DNA of 45,891 nt, taken from positions 1 through 45,891 of the forward strand of contig JAZNOU010000006.1 of assembly GCA_045589295.1 (NCBI GenBank), written 5' to 3'. The position numbers and the translations under genes are program-made. The notes below the pieces were generated by a model. The model saw only the letters and a list, made by a program, of their open reading frames with translations, searched no databases and was not told the origin of the DNA. This document shows positions 1-9,960 of this stretch, piece after piece. Source of the stretch: Clostridia bacterium. Its GTDB lineage: Bacteria; Bacillota; Clostridia; RGIG6154. The first letter of the stretch is position 1, and every line of letters begins with the position of its first letter.

Positions 1-901
1 GCTGAGCACCTTGTGCAATTCCCTGCAAAGGTAACATTGCAAACTGCATTACACTTGTCATAATGGTCATAGCACCAACTGCAATATCTCCCCCATATTT
101 AAGGAGTGAAGAATTAAAGCAAACGGAAATTACACTTTCGCTTGACTGCATAACAAAAGCCGCTGTCCCGAGTGCTATGCAAGGCAGAATAATATCTGCC
201 CGAAGTTTTAAGTTTTCTTTCTTTATTTTGAGTTGTGTCTTTTTGCCGCAGAGGAAAGAGATAATCCATACACAGGAAAGCATCTGCGAAATGATAGTCG
301 CAAGTGCCGCACCTTTTACTCCCATATCAAAGCCAAAAGTTTATATTGCATCTAGCACATTATTACACACCGCACCGATAATTACCGAAACCATAGATAC
401 AGTGGTAAAGCCCTGTGCAGTTATGAATGTATTCATACCCAGGGTCATTTGCACAAACAGAGTGCCGATGGCATATATGCTCATATAATCGGTGGCATAA
501 CCGATTGTGTTTTCACTTGCACCAAAAGCAAGGAGCAAATCCTTGTTCCATATAAGCAAAACTGCGGTCAGGATAACCGACACAACAATCTGCAGACTAA
601 AGCAGTTGCCAAGCGTCTTTTCAGCAGATTCGGTATCCTTTTCGCCCATAAAGATAGACGCCCTTGGTGCACCGCCTGAACTTACAAGAGCTGCAAAAGC
701 TGCAACAAGCATAATCAGGGGCATACACACACCAACACCGGTAAGTGCTAAACTGCCATCACCCGGCATATGACCTATGTATATGCGGTCAACTATATTG
801 TAAAGCATATTGATAAGCTGTGCCACAACCGTCGGAATCGACAGTCTGAACAAAAGCTTACCGATAGGCTCTGTCGCTAAAAATTCCTTTTTGTCATTCA
901 T
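1..901 (-). pseudogene. MATE family efflux transporter (MepA-like), interrupted by in-frame TAA at 341-343; runs off the left window edge
   Basis: N-terminus 'LFRLSIPTVVAQLINMLYNIVDRIYIG'. The same frame continues after the stop as TFGFDMGVKGAALATIISQ...SLLKYGGDIAVGAMTIMTSVMQFAMLPLQGIAQGAQ, which is typical MATE sequence. The stop could be an assembly error. Confidence 0.8.
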
Positions 902-994
902 TTAATAAACCACCTTTTTTCGTTTATAATTTATTCAAACAAAATTCGATTTGTCGAGAATTTTTTACCAAGCACCATTTCTTTTCTTAACTTA

Positions 995-1023
995 ATTATA
1001 CAACATCTCCTTAAAAAATTCAA
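995..1023 (-). promoter_or_regulatory. Sigma-A-like promoter for the MATE gene
   Basis: Minus strand TTGAAT-N17-TATAAT. Confidence 0.55.
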
Positions 1024-1170
1024 TAACGCTGAAATACTTCATCGCCTCTTCTAACATTTTTCTAACAGAAATGGATAGAAATGCATGGGAAATTGGTGGT
1101 ACAGGAAATTCGTGTGCACAAAAGGCTTAGGAGGATTTTAACCCCTAAAAGTCTTGATTGTATACCGAAC

Positions 1171-1326
1171 AGACCTGCTAAATAAAGTCAAAGAAGTTTA
1201 TTCAAATTCTTAGGAATATTTTTGCAAAAATTCAGACCGACACTTTTCAATGCCGGTCCGTTTTCCATGCTATTATTTAAGTTGAATTTTTTTAAAATTT
1301 TTCTCTTTACTTTATTTAGCAGGTCT
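1171..1326. mobile_element. MITE / internally deleted IS remnant (156 bp)
   Basis: Perfect 18-bp terminal inverted repeats AGACCTGCTAAATAAAGT (1171-1188) and ACTTTATTTAGCAGGTCT (1309-1326); no transposase inside; no clear target-site duplication. Confidence 0.7.
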
Positions 1327-1333
1327 TTAACAT

Positions 1334-3277
1334 TTACGCTATAGCGTTTTTCTTTTTTGTAAGTACCTGAATTATGATTACCAATACCACAAGTCCCAGA
1401 CCGATAGCATCTGTTACAGCACCCGGGTATATCAAGAACAATCCGCCCGCAATAGCTACAATGCGTTCATACCAATGCATTCTGTGAATAAAAAATCCTT
1501 CAAGAGCTGAAGCCACCGCAAATATACCCACTATGGACGTTATACATATCAGTATAACTTCTACAGGTGTAGTATCAATAAAGAGCATTGCAGGGTTTAA
1601 TGCAAATACATAAGGCACGATAAAAGCACCAATTGCAAGTTTGGTTGCTGTTATTGCTGTCTTCATAGGATTACCCTGAGCAATAGCTGCACCTGCGTAT
1701 GCTGCCAACGCAACAGGGGGCGTAAGGTCTGCCACAATACCAAAATAGAACACAAAAAAGTGTGCTGCAATAACGGGGACACCCATTCTGATTAAAATCG
1801 GTGCACAGGTTGCTGCCATAATACAGTAGTTTGCAGTAGTGGGAACACCCATACCCAGAACTATACAGCAAAGCATAGTAAGGAAAAGTGCAACGATTAC
1901 CTGATTGCCGGCTAAAGCTACAATACCGTTAATCATCATATTTGCAAGACCGGTCATTGTGATGGTACCTGCGATAATACCTGCTACACCGCACGCCGCT
2001 GCAACAGTAATCATCCCCTGTCCCCCTGCAGCCAACGCTTCCCAGATACGTTTAGGGGTGATGCGGTTTCCTTTATTAAATAGGCTTACTGCAATAGCCA
2101 CAACAATTGCAATAGCTGCCGCATACTGAATTGAACGTGTGCTTGTGCTTACAAGATAAATCAAAACGACTAAAGGCAGGAGAAGATACACTTTTTTGAG
2201 CAATGGAATGAATCTTGGTAATTCTTCCTTTGTCAGACCGCGAAGACCTTCTTTTTTTGCTTCTAAGTGAACGGTAATAAACACTCCCGCAAAATATAAA
2301 ACTGCAGGCAAAATAGCACGAACTACTATATTGCTGTAAGGAACACCAATATAGTCTGCCATCAAAAATGCTGCCGCACCCATAATAGGAGGCATAATTT
2401 GACCGCCTGTTGAAGCAGAAGCTTCAGCTGCTGCCGCAAATTCGGGTTTATAACCAGTCTTTTTCATCAATGGAATTGTTACCGAACCTGAACCTACAGT
2501 GTTTGCAACAGAAGATCCCGAAACCATTCCCTCGAAAGCACTTGCTACTACTGCCACCTTAGCAGGTCCGCCTGAAAAACCACCAACAACAGCATTTGAA
2601 ATATTAATAAAGAAATCTGCAATTCCTGTACGTTCCAAAAATGCCCCAAATATAATAAATACCACAATAAATTTAGAACACACATTTACAGGTGTAGACA
2701 AAATTCCTTCTTTTCCGTAAAAAAGATAGTGTACAATGTACTTTGTCTTTCCCCACAGAGTAGGATTTGAAAGTCCCCATATAAAAGCATATAAAATAAA
2801 GCACCCTGCCACAATTACGATAGGAAGCCCTACACTGCGTCGGCAAGCCTCAGCGGTAGAAATAATCCCCAAAATACCAATGACTATCTGATACCACTGA
2901 AATCTGCTTCCCTGCTGGATAATAGTCTGAGCGTTAAAAGCAAAGTACAAAAATGCACCTGTTCCTATTATCATAAGCAAGACATCGTACCATGGCATAA
3001 AATTAACCTTTTGTTTGCCTTTTCTGGCAGGATACACAATATAAGCAAGACAAACTATAAAAGCCACGAATGTAGTAAGTCTTAATTCCTCCAACCATGT
3101 TGCAAATAAAGTTACATATATACAGAATAAAGAAAAAACCGCCAAAAGACAGGTTACAGCCACCTTTTGCCAACCCGACCAAATACGGATGTTAGATTCG
3201 CGGTCAAATTTCTGCATAACCGCCTCTAAATCCATCGGCTCTTGCGTCTTTTGCTGATTCTTTTTGCGAAACAACAT
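1334..3277 (-). CDS. TRAP transporter fused 4TM/12TM permease (TAXI-type)
   Basis: Motifs GGPAKVAVVASAFEGMVSGSSVAN, EASASTGGQIMPPIMGAAAF, LGMGVPTTANY, DLTPPVALAAY. Start moved to ATG 3277 behind an AAGGAGG RBS. Confidence 0.95.
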   Translation of the reverse strand: MLFRKKNQQKTQEPMDLEAVMQKFDRESNIRIWSGWQKVAVTCLLAVFSLFCIYVTLFATWLEELRLTTFVAFIVCLAYIVYPARKGKQKVNFMPWYDVLLMIIGTGAFLYFAFNAQTIIQQGSRFQWYQIVIGILGIISTAEACRRSVGLPIVIVAGCFILYAFIWGLSNPTLWGKTKYIVHYLFYGKEGILSTPVNVCSKFIVVFIIFGAFLERTGIADFFINISNAVVGGFSGGPAKVAVVASAFEGMVSGSSVANTVGSGSVTIPLMKKTGYKPEFAAAAEASASTGGQIMPPIMGAAAFLMADYIGVPYSNIVVRAILPAVLYFAGVFITVHLEAKKEGLRGLTKEELPRFIPLLKKVYLLLPLVVLIYLVSTSTRSIQYAAAIAIVVAIAVSLFNKGNRITPKRIWEALAAGGQGMITVAAACGVAGIIAGTITMTGLANMMINGIVALAGNQVIVALFLTMLCCIVLGMGVPTTANYCIMAATCAPILIRMGVPVIAAHFFVFYFGIVADLTPPVALAAYAGAAIAQGNPMKTAITATKLAIGAFIVPYVFALNPAMLFIDTTPVEVILICITSIVGIFAVASALEGFFIHRMHWYERIVAIAGGLFLIYPGAVTDAIGLGLVVLVIIIQVLTKKKNAIA

Positions 3278-3306
3278 TAACTTTCCTCCTTGATATGTAC
3301 AAAACA

Positions 3307-3335
3307 ACTGCGGCGAAAGGCAATTTCGCCGCAGT
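3307..3335 (-). terminator. Intra-operon stem-loop between the TAXI binding protein and permease genes (partial terminator or mRNA stabiliser)
   Basis: ACTGCGGCGAAA-ggcaa-TTTCGCCGCAGT 12-bp stem, followed by TGTTTT on the minus strand. Confidence 0.65.
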
Positions 3336-3356
3336 AAAATATTTTGTTCTTTAAAA

Positions 3357-4313
3357 CTATTCTACAGAAACTTCAACGCCTTTTTCCGCAAAGTACTTAG
3401 CAGCACCTTTGTGGAAAGGAACAGGCATACCTGATGTTGCATTTTCTAAAGAAAGTTCTGCACCCTTGGCATTTTCTGTTGTAATAGAATCGATATTGTC
3501 AAAAATCGCTTTGGTCAAAGCATAAACATCATCTTCTGCAGCATCTGCACTTACAATAAGTGTAGCTTTTACAGTAACTGTTTTTATATCTTCCTCCTGA
3601 CCTGCATAAGTGCCTGCAGGTATTATGTGTTCTGTGTAGAAAGGATTGGTCTGCATAAGCTTTTCAGAAACCGCACCATCAATAGGAACAAGATATGCAC
3701 TGTTTGTTGTGCAAAGTTCTGTAATTGCCGGTGTCGGAGGACCTGCTACAATAAATGCTGCATCAATTTTTCCGTCTTTTAAAGCATCTGCACTGTCTGC
3801 AAAAGACTGATACTGTGCTTTAATATCGTTTTCTGTAAGACCTGCTGCAGTCAAAACGTCTACAGCGTTAAAATACACACCTGATCCAGGAGCACCGATT
3901 GAAACAGATTTGCCTTTAAGGTCACCTACTGACTTAATTGCAGGATCCATAGTTACAAGCTGGATTGCTTCTGCGTATAAACCTGCAACAGTGCGGAAAG
4001 AATCAATTTTTCCTTCCTGTTCAAAAGAACGAATACCGTCCCACGCGTATGCCATAACGTCAGACTGTACTGTACCTAACTGATAGTTGCCTGCTGCAAT
4101 ACCCTGGATATTTGCTTTAGAACCATCGGTAGAAACAACAGTAACATTAATTCCTGCATTGTTTTTAATATACTGACCCAATACGCCGCCGTAGCCGTAG
4201 TATGTACCTGCGGTACCGCCTGTACCCATTGTCATCTTGGTTCCTGCACCACCACAGGCTGCTAAAGAAGCAACCATCATAACTGCCAATACAATTGCTA
4301 TTATCTTTTTCAT
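3357..4313 (-). CDS. TAXI family TRAP solute-binding lipoprotein
   Basis: Lipobox LAAC; GTGGTAGTYY, STDGSKANI, SIGAPGSG and VPFHKGAAKYF motifs; adjacent to the 4TM/12TM permease. Confidence 0.95.
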   Translation of the reverse strand: MKKIIAIVLAVMMVASLAACGGAGTKMTMGTGGTAGTYYGYGGVLGQYIKNNAGINVTVVSTDGSKANIQGIAAGNYQLGTVQSDVMAYAWDGIRSFEQEGKIDSFRTVAGLYAEAIQLVTMDPAIKSVGDLKGKSVSIGAPGSGVYFNAVDVLTAAGLTENDIKAQYQSFADSADALKDGKIDAAFIVAGPPTPAITELCTTNSAYLVPIDGAVSEKLMQTNPFYTEHIIPAGTYAGQEEDIKTVTVKATLIVSADAAEDDVYALTKAIFDNIDSITTENAKGAELSLENATSGMPVPFHKGAAKYFAEKGVEVSVE

Positions 4314-4353
4314 TTTATTTTACCTCCCGTAAAAATTTGACTTATACACAACT

Positions 4354-4382
4354 ATTATACAACAAGTTACAGATTTTTTCAA
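4354..4382 (-). promoter_or_regulatory. Sigma-A-like promoter for the TAXI operon
   Basis: Minus strand TTGAAA-N17-TATAAT. Confidence 0.6.
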
Positions 4383-4451
4383 GCCTTATTTTATACCATA
4401 AAACAAAAAGAGCACCAACCTATTTTAAATGCGTAAATTTCTATAAATCTC

Positions 4452-4480
4452 TTGCATTTTTAAGACCTTTGTGATACAAT
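4452..4480 (+). promoter_or_regulatory. Sigma-A-like promoter for the ECF-S/coaX operon
   Basis: TTGCAT-N17-TACAAT with extended TGn. Confidence 0.6.
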
Positions 4481-4534
4481 TACCACGTAAATACGTTGCG
4501 TCTTTTTAAAGAGCGACAGTAGGAGGAATTTAAA

Positions 4535-5125
4535 ATGGCAAACAAACCTTCAACCCGCACTCTTGTTGTGGGTGCGCTTTTAACAGCACTTGTATTTGTG
4601 CTTCAGTTTGCAGGCGCGAGCATAAAATTCGGAACATTTTCTATTTCACTTGTACTGATACCGATTGTTATTGGTGCAGTAACCTGCAAAAAATGGATAG
4701 GTGCGTGGCTTGGATTGGTATTTGGCTTTGCAGTTTTAGCAAGCGGTGATGCAAATCTGTTTTTAAGCTTTAATGCAGCAGGTACAATAATAACTGTTCT
4801 TCTAAAAGGTGCTGCCTGTGGATTTATCTCAGGTGCAGTTTATGAACTTCTCTTTAAGGCTACAAAAAAAACTTATCTGTCAACAGTTGTTTCTGCAATT
4901 GTATGCCCGATAGTAAACACAGGCTTATTTTTGCTTGGATGTAAAGTTTTTCTTATGGATGCTGTTGCTTATCTTGCAGGTAGCGGAGCGGATCTTGGCA
5001 AATTTATGATATTTGTTCTGGTTGGCGTTAACTTCCTTATTGAAATGGCAGTAATTATTATATTTACACCTGCAATAGTATACATCATTAAATCCGTATC
5101 AAAAAACAGAGGGCGTCAGGTATGA
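4535..5125 (+). CDS. ECF transporter S component, probably pantothenate-specific (PanT-like)
   Basis: 196-aa hydrophobic protein with 'ISLVLIPIVIGA...GAWLGLVFG' and 'PIVNTGLF'; AGGAGG RBS; overlaps coaX by 4 bp. Confidence 0.8.
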   Translation: MANKPSTRTLVVGALLTALVFVLQFAGASIKFGTFSISLVLIPIVIGAVTCKKWIGAWLGLVFGFAVLASGDANLFLSFNAAGTIITVLLKGAACGFISGAVYELLFKATKKTYLSTVVSAIVCPIVNTGLFLLGCKVFLMDAVAYLAGSGADLGKFMIFVLVGVNFLIEMAVIIIFTPAIVYIIKSVSKNRGRQV

Positions 5126-5886
5126 TTTTAGTAATAGACATAGGAAATACAAATATTGTTGCCGGTTGTATGGAAGGAACAAACATCCTTTTTAGAGAAC
5201 GTCTTGCTACTTCTCACCGTGCAACAAAGCTTGAATATTCAGTTCTTTTCAAAACAGCTTTTGAAATGTACAGCCTAAATTACAAAAAAATTGACGGTGC
5301 AATTATTTCTTCAGTAGTTCCGTCTGTAACAAACGTTGTTAAAGAAGCTATTGAAAACCTTTGTAAAATTGATGTTATGGTGGTCAGCCCCGAGCTTGAA
5401 ACCGGCATCAAGGTTGCTATTGACAATCCCCGTCAGTTAGGCAGTGACCTTTTGGTTGATGCAGTTGCCGGAATAGAAGAATATCCGCTTCCGCAGATCA
5501 TAATTGATATGGGTACAGCAACAACAATTTCTGTTATAAACAAAGACAAAGAATTTTTAGGCGGTGCAATACTGCCGGGTGTTGCGGTTTCTCACGATGC
5601 ACTTATCGGAAGAACATCTCAGCTTCCCAAAGTCGCTTTTGAAAAACCTAAGAAAATGATAGGCACTAACTCAGTTGATTCCATAAAAAGCGGAATTTTA
5701 TATGGCAATGCAGGAGCAATAGAAGGTATTGCACAGCGCTATGAAGAAGAGCTGGGAGAAAAATGTACTGTAATTGCAACAGGCGGACTTGCAAAAATAA
5801 TTGTACCGCTGTGCAAACGTGATATAATAATTGATGAAGATATGCTCCTTAAAGGACTTATGCTTATCTACAATAAAAATAAATAA
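5122..5886 (+). CDS. coaX: Type III pantothenate kinase
   Basis: IDIGNTN, LGSD, IIDMGTATT, GGAILPG and IATGGLA motifs. Confidence 0.95.
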   Translation: MILVIDIGNTNIVAGCMEGTNILFRERLATSHRATKLEYSVLFKTAFEMYSLNYKKIDGAIISSVVPSVTNVVKEAIENLCKIDVMVVSPELETGIKVAIDNPRQLGSDLLVDAVAGIEEYPLPQIIIDMGTATTISVINKDKEFLGGAILPGVAVSHDALIGRTSQLPKVAFEKPKKMIGTNSVDSIKSGILYGNAGAIEGIAQRYEEELGEKCTVIATGGLAKIIVPLCKRDIIIDEDMLLKGLMLIYNKNK

Positions 5887-5892
5887 TACTAG

Positions 5893-5924
5893 AGTAGGGA
5901 CTGGTTTTAAGTCCCTACTTTTTT
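5893..5924 (+). terminator. Rho-independent terminator after coaX
   Basis: AGTAGGGACT...AGTCCCTACT stem followed by a T tract. Confidence 0.8.
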
Positions 5925-5935
5925 ACTTAAAATTC

Positions 5936-5964
5936 TTGCGTTTTTCACTAAAAATTGGTATACT
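5936..5964 (+). promoter_or_regulatory. Sigma-A-like promoter for the lepA operon
   Basis: TTGCGT-N17-TATACT with extended TGn. Confidence 0.6.
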
Positions 5965-6002
5965 ATATAATAAGACAGAATTTAGTTTATACGGAGGAAC
6001 GT

Positions 6003-7808
6003 ATGCAAACAAATCAAAATAATATCAGAAATTTCAGCATTATTGCTCACATAGACCACGGAAAATCCACTTTGGCAGACAGACTTTTGGAACACACAGG
6101 ACTGTTAACCAAGCGTGAAATGGAAGAGCAAGTGCTTGACAATATGGATATTGAACGTGAACGCGGTATTACAATTAAGGCACGCGCTGTACGTCTTTTG
6201 TACAAAGCAAAGGACGGCGAAACTTATGTGCTTAATTTAATAGACACTCCCGGTCACGTTGACTTTAATTACGAAGTATCACGCAGTCTTGCGGCATGCG
6301 AGGGTGCAATTTTGGTTGTTGATGCCGCACAAGGCATCGAGGCTCAAACCCTTGCAAACACATATTTGGCACTTGACCACGATTTAGAGCTTTTGCCTGT
6401 TATCAATAAAATTGATCTTCCCGGTGCAAGACCTGATGAAATAAAAAACGAAATTGAAGATGTTATCGGCATTGAGGCAGACTCAGCGCCTCTGATTTCA
6501 GCTAAACTTGGAATAGGAATTGAAGAGGTTTTGGAAGATGTAGTCAAAAACGTTCCTGCACCAAGCGGTGATAAAAATGCTCCGCTTAAAGCTCTTATTT
6601 TCGACTCTTTTTATGACCAGTACAAAGGCGTTATTGTTTATATAAGAGTTGTTGAGGGCAGCTTAAAAGCAGGTCAGAAAATAAGGTTTATGGCAACAGG
6701 AAAAGAGTTTGACGTTGTTGAAGTTGGATATCTTCACCCTAATGGGCACTTAGCCTCAGATGAAATCACCGCAGGCGAAGTTGGATATATCGCAGCCTCT
6801 ATTAAAAATGTCCAGGACACGCGTGTAGGCGATACCGTAACTTTGGTGAATAATCCTGCTCCTGAGCCACTACCTGGATACAAAAAAGTTAACCCAATGG
6901 TTTTTTGCGGTATTTACCCCGCAGACGGTTCCAAATATGGTGACCTTCGTGATGCTTTAGAAAAACTTCAACTTAACGATGCGGCACTTTCCTTTGAACC
7001 TGAGACCTCAATCGCATTAGGATTTGGCTTCAGATGTGGATTTTTGGGGCTTTTGCATATGGAAATCATACAAGAAAGAATTGAGCGCGAGTTTAATTTA
7101 GACCTTGTTACAACCGCACCGTCTGTTATATACAGAATTACAAAGACAAACGGCGAGGTTATTTTTCTTGACAACCCCACCAATATGCCGTCACCCACTG
7201 AAATCAGTATGATGGAAGAGCCTATGGTTTCTGCATCTATTATGCTCCCTACAGAGTTTGTAGGAAATATTATGGAGCTTTGTCAGGAAAGACGAGGAAA
7301 ATATTTAAACACTCATTATTTAGACGAAAACAGAGTAACGCTTTCTTACGAACTTCCGTTAAACGAGATTATTTATGACTTTTTTGATGCCTTAAAATCA
7401 AGAACAAAAGGTTATGCATCATTTGACTATGACCTAAAAGGATATGAAAAGTCAAGCCTTGTTAAGCTTGACATTATGCTAAACGGGGATGTTGTTGACG
7501 CACTTTCATTTATCGTTCATTCAGATAAATCTTATGCACGTGCAAGAAGAATTGCGGAAAAATTAAAAGAAGCAATTCCAAGACAGATGTTTGAAATACC
7601 TATTCAGGCAGCAATCGGTAATAAAATTATCGCCCGCGAAACTGTTAAAGCAATGAGAAAAGACGTTTTGGCAAAGTGCTACGGCGGTGACATAACCAGA
7701 AAGAAAAAACTTTTGGAAAAACAAAAAGAGGGTAAAAAACGTATGCGTCAAGTAGGTACTGTTCAGGTTCCTCAGGAAGCCTTTATGTCGGTACTAAAGC
7801 TTGATTAA
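6003..7808 (+). CDS. lepA: Translation elongation factor 4
   Basis: [63 protein letters not shown]; ATG 6003 behind GGAGG. Confidence 0.99.
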   Translation: MQTNQNNIRNFSIIAHIDHGKSTLADRLLEHTGLLTKREMEEQVLDNMDIERERGITIKARAVRLLYKAKDGETYVLNLIDTPGHVDFNYEVSRSLAACEGAILVVDAAQGIEAQTLANTYLALDHDLELLPVINKIDLPGARPDEIKNEIEDVIGIEADSAPLISAKLGIGIEEVLEDVVKNVPAPSGDKNAPLKALIFDSFYDQYKGVIVYIRVVEGSLKAGQKIRFMATGKEFDVVEVGYLHPNGHLASDEITAGEVGYIAASIKNVQDTRVGDTVTLVNNPAPEPLPGYKKVNPMVFCGIYPADGSKYGDLRDALEKLQLNDAALSFEPETSIALGFGFRCGFLGLLHMEIIQERIEREFNLDLVTTAPSVIYRITKTNGEVIFLDNPTNMPSPTEISMMEEPMVSASIMLPTEFVGNIMELCQERRGKYLNTHYLDENRVTLSYELPLNEIIYDFFDALKSRTKGYASFDYDLKGYEKSSLVKLDIMLNGDVVDALSFIVHSDKSYARARRIAEKLKEAIPRQMFEIPIQAAIGNKIIARETVKAMRKDVLAKCYGGDITRKKKLLEKQKEGKKRMRQVGTVQVPQEAFMSVLKLD

Positions 7809-7826
7809 AATTTAGGAGGGATAACG

Positions 7827-8957
7827 TTGAACAAAGCAGGAATTTATGTTCATATCCCCTTTTGCGTAAAAAAATGCAATTACTGCGATTTTAATTCATT
7901 CGCCTCGGGCGAACACACTCAAAACGAGTATATCAATTCTTTAATATCAGAAATTACGCAGTTTGCAAAAATAAAGAATTTACAGGCGGACTCTGTCTTT
8001 ATAGGCGGTGGTACGCCTACTCTTTTAAGCGAAAATCATTTGGAAAAGCTTATTGTTGCCATAAACGAAAGTTTTAGCCTTGATAAAAACACTGAATTTA
8101 CAATAGAGTGCAACCCCAAAACTGCGTCATTAAAAAAATTCAGACTATTAAAAAGTCTTGGTGTTAACAGACTTAGCATAGGTGTTCAGTCGTTAAATGA
8201 TAAGATTTTAAAAACTCTGGGAAGATGTCATAACACCAAAGATTTTCTGGAGTGTTTTGCAGCGGCAAAAATCGCAGGGTTTGAAAATATAAATTTTGAC
8301 CTTATGTTTGCAGTTCCAAATCAAAAACAAAAAACTTTTGAAAAAACAGTTAGGGATGCTATAAAGCTATCACCTGCACACATTTCTGCATATGGTCTTC
8401 AACTTGAAGAAAATACACATTTTTATGAAAATAAAGATATGTATCGCTTTCCAAGTGATGAACAAAACAGGAAAATGTATGAATTTTTGGTTGACTATTT
8501 AAAAGACAACGATTACAGGCAGTATGAAATTTCAAATTTTGCCAAAGACGGCTATGCTTGCAAGCATAATTTAAAGTACTGGGACCTTACAGATTATGTA
8601 GGGTTTGGTTTAGGTTCAAGCTCGTTTTTTGAAAATGCTCGCTACCAAAATCCTGCAGACTTAGGGGAATATTTTGACTTTTGCAACAATTTCACTCCCC
8701 TTTGGGAAAACGCACAAAAGCAAGCAGAAAATGACTTAATTGAAGAGTTTATGTTTTTAGGTCTTAGATTAACTAAAGGAGTAAGCAATACAGACTTTGT
8801 TAAAAAATTTGGCAAAAGTATGTTTGATATATATGAAAAAGTAATAGAAAAAAACTTAAATTTGGGGCTTTTAAACAGGGATCGCGACAGTATCTTTTTA
8901 AGCAAAAAGGGGTTTGACCTTGCAAACAGCGTTATGAGTGATTTTTTACTTGACTAG
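7827..8957 (+). CDS. hemW: Radical SAM heme chaperone HemW (HemN-like)
   Basis: YVHIPFCVKKCNYCDF (CxxxCxxC), GGGTPT, YEISNFA, HNLKYW; follows lepA as is typical in Firmicutes. Confidence 0.93.
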   Translation: MNKAGIYVHIPFCVKKCNYCDFNSFASGEHTQNEYINSLISEITQFAKIKNLQADSVFIGGGTPTLLSENHLEKLIVAINESFSLDKNTEFTIECNPKTASLKKFRLLKSLGVNRLSIGVQSLNDKILKTLGRCHNTKDFLECFAAAKIAGFENINFDLMFAVPNQKQKTFEKTVRDAIKLSPAHISAYGLQLEENTHFYENKDMYRFPSDEQNRKMYEFLVDYLKDNDYRQYEISNFAKDGYACKHNLKYWDLTDYVGFGLGSSSFFENARYQNPADLGEYFDFCNNFTPLWENAQKQAENDLIEEFMFLGLRLTKGVSNTDFVKKFGKSMFDIYEKVIEKNLNLGLLNRDRDSIFLSKKGFDLANSVMSDFLLD

Positions 8958-8969
8958 AAGGAGTTAAAA

Positions 8970-9929
8970 ATGGAGTATAAAAAAGTTGGTAGTTTAAATG
9001 CTTCCCATCTTGTTTTGGGCACGGACAAATTCGGTGACGAGCTTGACATAAAGGAGAGCCATAAGCTTTTAAACCTTTATACAGAAAATGGTGGCAATAT
9101 AATCGATACTGCAAGAAGCTACTCAATATGGGCAGGCGACTTTACCGCAGGTCAAAGCGAAAGAATTATCGGCGCGTGGCTTAAAAATGTTTCAAGAACA
9201 GATGTTTATATTGCAACCAAATGCTCTCATCCTGAGTCCACCAAAAGAATGGACATCCCAAGACTTTCTGAAGCAGATATAATTTTTGATGTTGAAGGAA
9301 GTTTAAAAGATTTAGGCACTGATTACATTGACCTTTTATGGCTCCACAGGGATGATGAAAGGGTGCCCGTTTCGGGAATTATGGTAGCGCTCCATAAACT
9401 TGTAAGACAAGGTAAAGTATTGAATATCGGAGCTTCAAACTGGACTGCAAAAAGAATTAAAGAGGCAAACGAATTTGCACTTGATAACAACTTGACACCG
9501 TTTTGTGCATCGCAGATTAAATGGTCGCTTGCAAAAACCGTATCTGATATAAACGCCGTTCAGGCAACTATTGAAATGGATGAAAACGAATACTCGTTTT
9601 ACAATCAAGAAAAAATGCCTGTTTTTGCGTTTTCATCTCAGGCAAAAGGGTTTTTCTACAAAATGGAACAAGGGATAGACGCCGTTTCGGGCAAAGCCAA
9701 AGAAAGATATTTCAGCGAAAAAAACATACAAAAATACAAAAAAATAAAAAGCTACTGTGAAAAAAACAACATTAGTATACAAAACGCTATAATTTCTTCG
9801 CTTTTGTCAAATACCGATTTTGACACATTTGCGCTTATCGGTCCAAGAAGTGAATCCCAACTTCTTTCTACAGTTGATGGCGCAAAAAATAAAGTTGATT
9901 ATGACTTTTTTAAAGAACTTATGTTTTAA
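8970..9929 (+). CDS. Aldo/keto reductase
   Basis: GGNIIDTARSY, SERIIGAWL, IATK, SLKDLGTDYIDLLWLHRDD, IGASNW. Confidence 0.92.
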   Translation: MEYKKVGSLNASHLVLGTDKFGDELDIKESHKLLNLYTENGGNIIDTARSYSIWAGDFTAGQSERIIGAWLKNVSRTDVYIATKCSHPESTKRMDIPRLSEADIIFDVEGSLKDLGTDYIDLLWLHRDDERVPVSGIMVALHKLVRQGKVLNIGASNWTAKRIKEANEFALDNNLTPFCASQIKWSLAKTVSDINAVQATIEMDENEYSFYNQEKMPVFAFSSQAKGFFYKMEQGIDAVSGKAKERYFSEKNIQKYKKIKSYCEKNNISIQNAIISSLLSNTDFDTFALIGPRSESQLLSTVDGAKNKVDYDFFKELMF

Positions 9930-9930
9930 A

Positions 9931-9956
9931 AAAGCGGATGCATTTGCATCCGCTTT
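9931..9956. terminator. Bidirectional terminator between AKR and abrB
   Basis: AAAGCGGATGCA-tt-TGCATCCGCTTT between convergent genes. Confidence 0.8.
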
Positions 9957-9960
9957 CATA

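Noticed and set aside
335-360. DGR-style adenine mutagenesis as the cause of the MATE substitutions
   Set aside because: No reverse transcriptase or template repeat in the window, the target is an atypical membrane gene, and not all changes fit adenine specificity.
63-773. Plus-strand ORFs antisense to the MATE gene, and similar shadow ORFs throughout the window
   Set aside because: Antisense or alternate-frame shadows of well-supported genes, with no RBS or recognisable motifs.
1069-1080. AAATGGATAGAA also occurs at 20763-20774
   Set aside because: 12-bp A-rich match that does not extend; not enough to call att sites around the 20-kb housekeeping block.
5909-5920. AAGTCCCTACTT in the coaX terminator also occurs at 21469-21480
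   Set aside because: Only 12 bp with no shared flanks; compatible with chance in a 46-kb AT-rich window.
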